From Thermoproteota archaeon (GTDB lineage: Archaea; Thermoproteota; Thermoprotei; Gearchaeales; Gearchaeaceae), in contig JAVVGF010000004.1 in NCBI GenBank assembly GCA_032249235.1, forward strand, positions 96,001 through 160,000: a stretch of DNA of 64,000 nt. Direction: 5' to 3'. The position numbers and the translations under genes are program-made. The first letter of the stretch is position 1; each line of letters starts with the position of its first letter. The notes under the pieces are model-generated. The model was not told the origin of the DNA and ran no database searches. It saw only the letters and a program-made list of their open reading frames with translations. Shown one piece after another: positions 62,477 through 64,000 of the stretch.

Positions 62477-62816
62477 TTAGTAATTTTATATCATGTTAAA
62501 TCTTTATTTTAATATTTTAAATTTAAAGATAGCAATTTTATTCTTAAATCATAACAATTTATAAACTCAGAACTTTAACAGCTATCTTTTCTGAAATTTT
62601 TTTGTTATAAAATCAGAAATTCATACATGAAGAGTACAGTTTAAAAACTAAACTATCTTTCCTAAGACGTTTACTGATAAATCGAATAATAATGAAGTAG
62701 TTGTTTCTCAAATAATTTAGAAAGAATAAACGTTTTTTCAAAAAGGAGAAAACTTTGTTACTCTTGTTTTTAAAAAAGAGAAAATCAGATTGTTACCTTA
62801 AAAAGTTAGATGACAA

Positions 62817-63389
62817 CTAGTTAGTCTTTTCAAATGCAAAGAAGAAGCTATTTCTACCATACATATTATATCGTCGTTTATCAATCAACTTGAATTTATA
62901 ACTTAGTTTCACTTCAAGTTCGTTTTCATCTATGCCTGGAGGCCCCCAATAACCTCTTCCAAAAGCCCAAATCATGAATATAGAACCTATTTCAGTTATT
63001 TCATCAAGACTTTCCACGTAAAAATCTCTTTCATCTTTCCTTAAGCTATGATAGCAACCAATGTCAGTAATTAATTTGAATTTACCTAATTCCTTCACTT
63101 CATCTGTATCAGTAAAATCTATGTTGAAGAATTTGGCATCAATATTTTCTTTCTTCGCATCTTTAATAGCTATCTTTATTGCAACAGAAGAAATATCGAT
63201 ACCGTGTGCATCGAAACCATTCTTCGCTAAGAATCTTACTAAATATCCCTTCCCACAACCTATATCTAATGCTCTGCAAGGTTTAATTTTTCCTTTTTTC
63301 AAGTATTCGACAATTTCTTCAGGAGGCTCCTTTGTATCCCAAGGAGTAAAGCCGGCTATATATGCAAGATCCCAAAAAGAAAAATTCAT
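62817..63389 (-). CDS. class I SAM methyltransferase (TPMT/TehB-like)
   Basis: W..AY....PWD, ALDIGCGKG and DIGCYH motifs. Confidence 0.88.
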   Translation of the reverse strand: MNFSFWDLAYIAGFTPWDTKEPPEEIVEYLKKGKIKPCRALDIGCGKGYLVRFLAKNGFDAHGIDISSVAIKIAIKDAKKENIDAKFFNIDFTDTDEVKELGKFKLITDIGCYHSLRKDERDFYVESLDEITEIGSIFMIWAFGRGYWGPPGIDENELEVKLSYKFKLIDKRRYNMYGRNSFFFAFEKTN

Positions 63390-63598
63390 AATTTAATAAT
63401 CTCCATCGATGTATTTTAGATATTAAGCTGTTTTATCATGGAAAAAATGCTCTAATAATCGTTTTGTTATTTTAAATGGATGAAGCTTATTCAAATCAAT
63501 AAATTGAATAAAGAAGGTTTAAATTAAAACCTTAAGCTACCTGCACAATCATGAGCAAAAAAAGAGATATAAAATTGGCTCTGGTATGAAGCTTTATT

Positions 63599-64000
63599 TT
63601 AAATTTTTCTCTCCTTTAACGGTGGTTTTGGATATGCTAATTTACTAGTAGTTAGTTTTAGATCTATTAAAGATTCAGCTAATTTTAATGCGGCTGGAGC
63701 AGGATCAACTACAGGAATATGTAAAGTTTCTTGTATCTTTCTGGCCATACCTATAAAGCCTGTACATCCTAAGATAATTACATCAGCTTCGTCTTCTTCT
63801 ATTGCTTTTTTCGATTCATTAATTAATTTTGTTTCTACATCAGCCTTTTTATTTTCAATCTCTAATACAGGTACTTCAACATATCTAACTGAAGAAAGTC
63901 TTGATTCAAAACCATATTTTCTTGCTAATCTCCAAAATAAGGGAACTACATTTTTTAATACCGTCACTATTGAAAATCTCTCACCAAGCATAGAAGCGAG
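63599..64000 (-). CDS. Asp/Glu/hydantoin racemase family (5'-truncated by window edge)
   Basis: LGERFSIV, ILGCTG and PVVDP motifs. Paralog of 46644 and 48433. Confidence 0.85.
   Translation of the reverse strand, partial: LASMLGERFSIVTVLKNVVPLFWRLARKYGFESRLSSVRYVEVPVLEIENKKADVETKLINESKKAIEEDEADVIILGCTGFIGMARKIQETLHIPVVDPAPAALKLAESLIDLKLTTSKLAYPKPPLKERKI

Overview
AT-rich archaeal chromosome segment, most likely TACK (PCNA-priL-priS-GINS-rpl44e-rps27e-aIF2alpha cluster, aglB, carS, BHB-intron tRNA). About 1-17.9 kb is core/housekeeping: replication and translation genes, an unannotated inverted nop10, aglB with an OST3/OST6/DC2-like membrane protein nearby, dys, PGM/PMM, a 2-oxoacid/acetoin dehydrogenase set, and tRNA-Arg and tRNA-Leu. 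From about 18 kb the window is accessory. It holds bacterial-type glgB, glyA, a membrane-anchored wHTH plus His/Met-rich peptide with a palindromic operator, and redox enzymes. It also has three VapBC-type modules (one decayed) and a GT2 glycosyltransferase pseudogene split by two insertions: an MNT-HEPN/aspartic protease cassette and a TnpB-only IS200/IS605 element whose TAM (TTTAC) can be read from the restored reading frame. Further on are a G1 peptidase frameshifted in an A7 tract, a large hydantoinase/racemase/DUF917 locus with two Dpp/Opp ABC importers, a thioredoxin-nucleotidyltransferase fusion and an internally deleted ThDP enzyme. No CRISPR array or rRNA was seen. All family calls come from motif recognition by eye; no database search was run.
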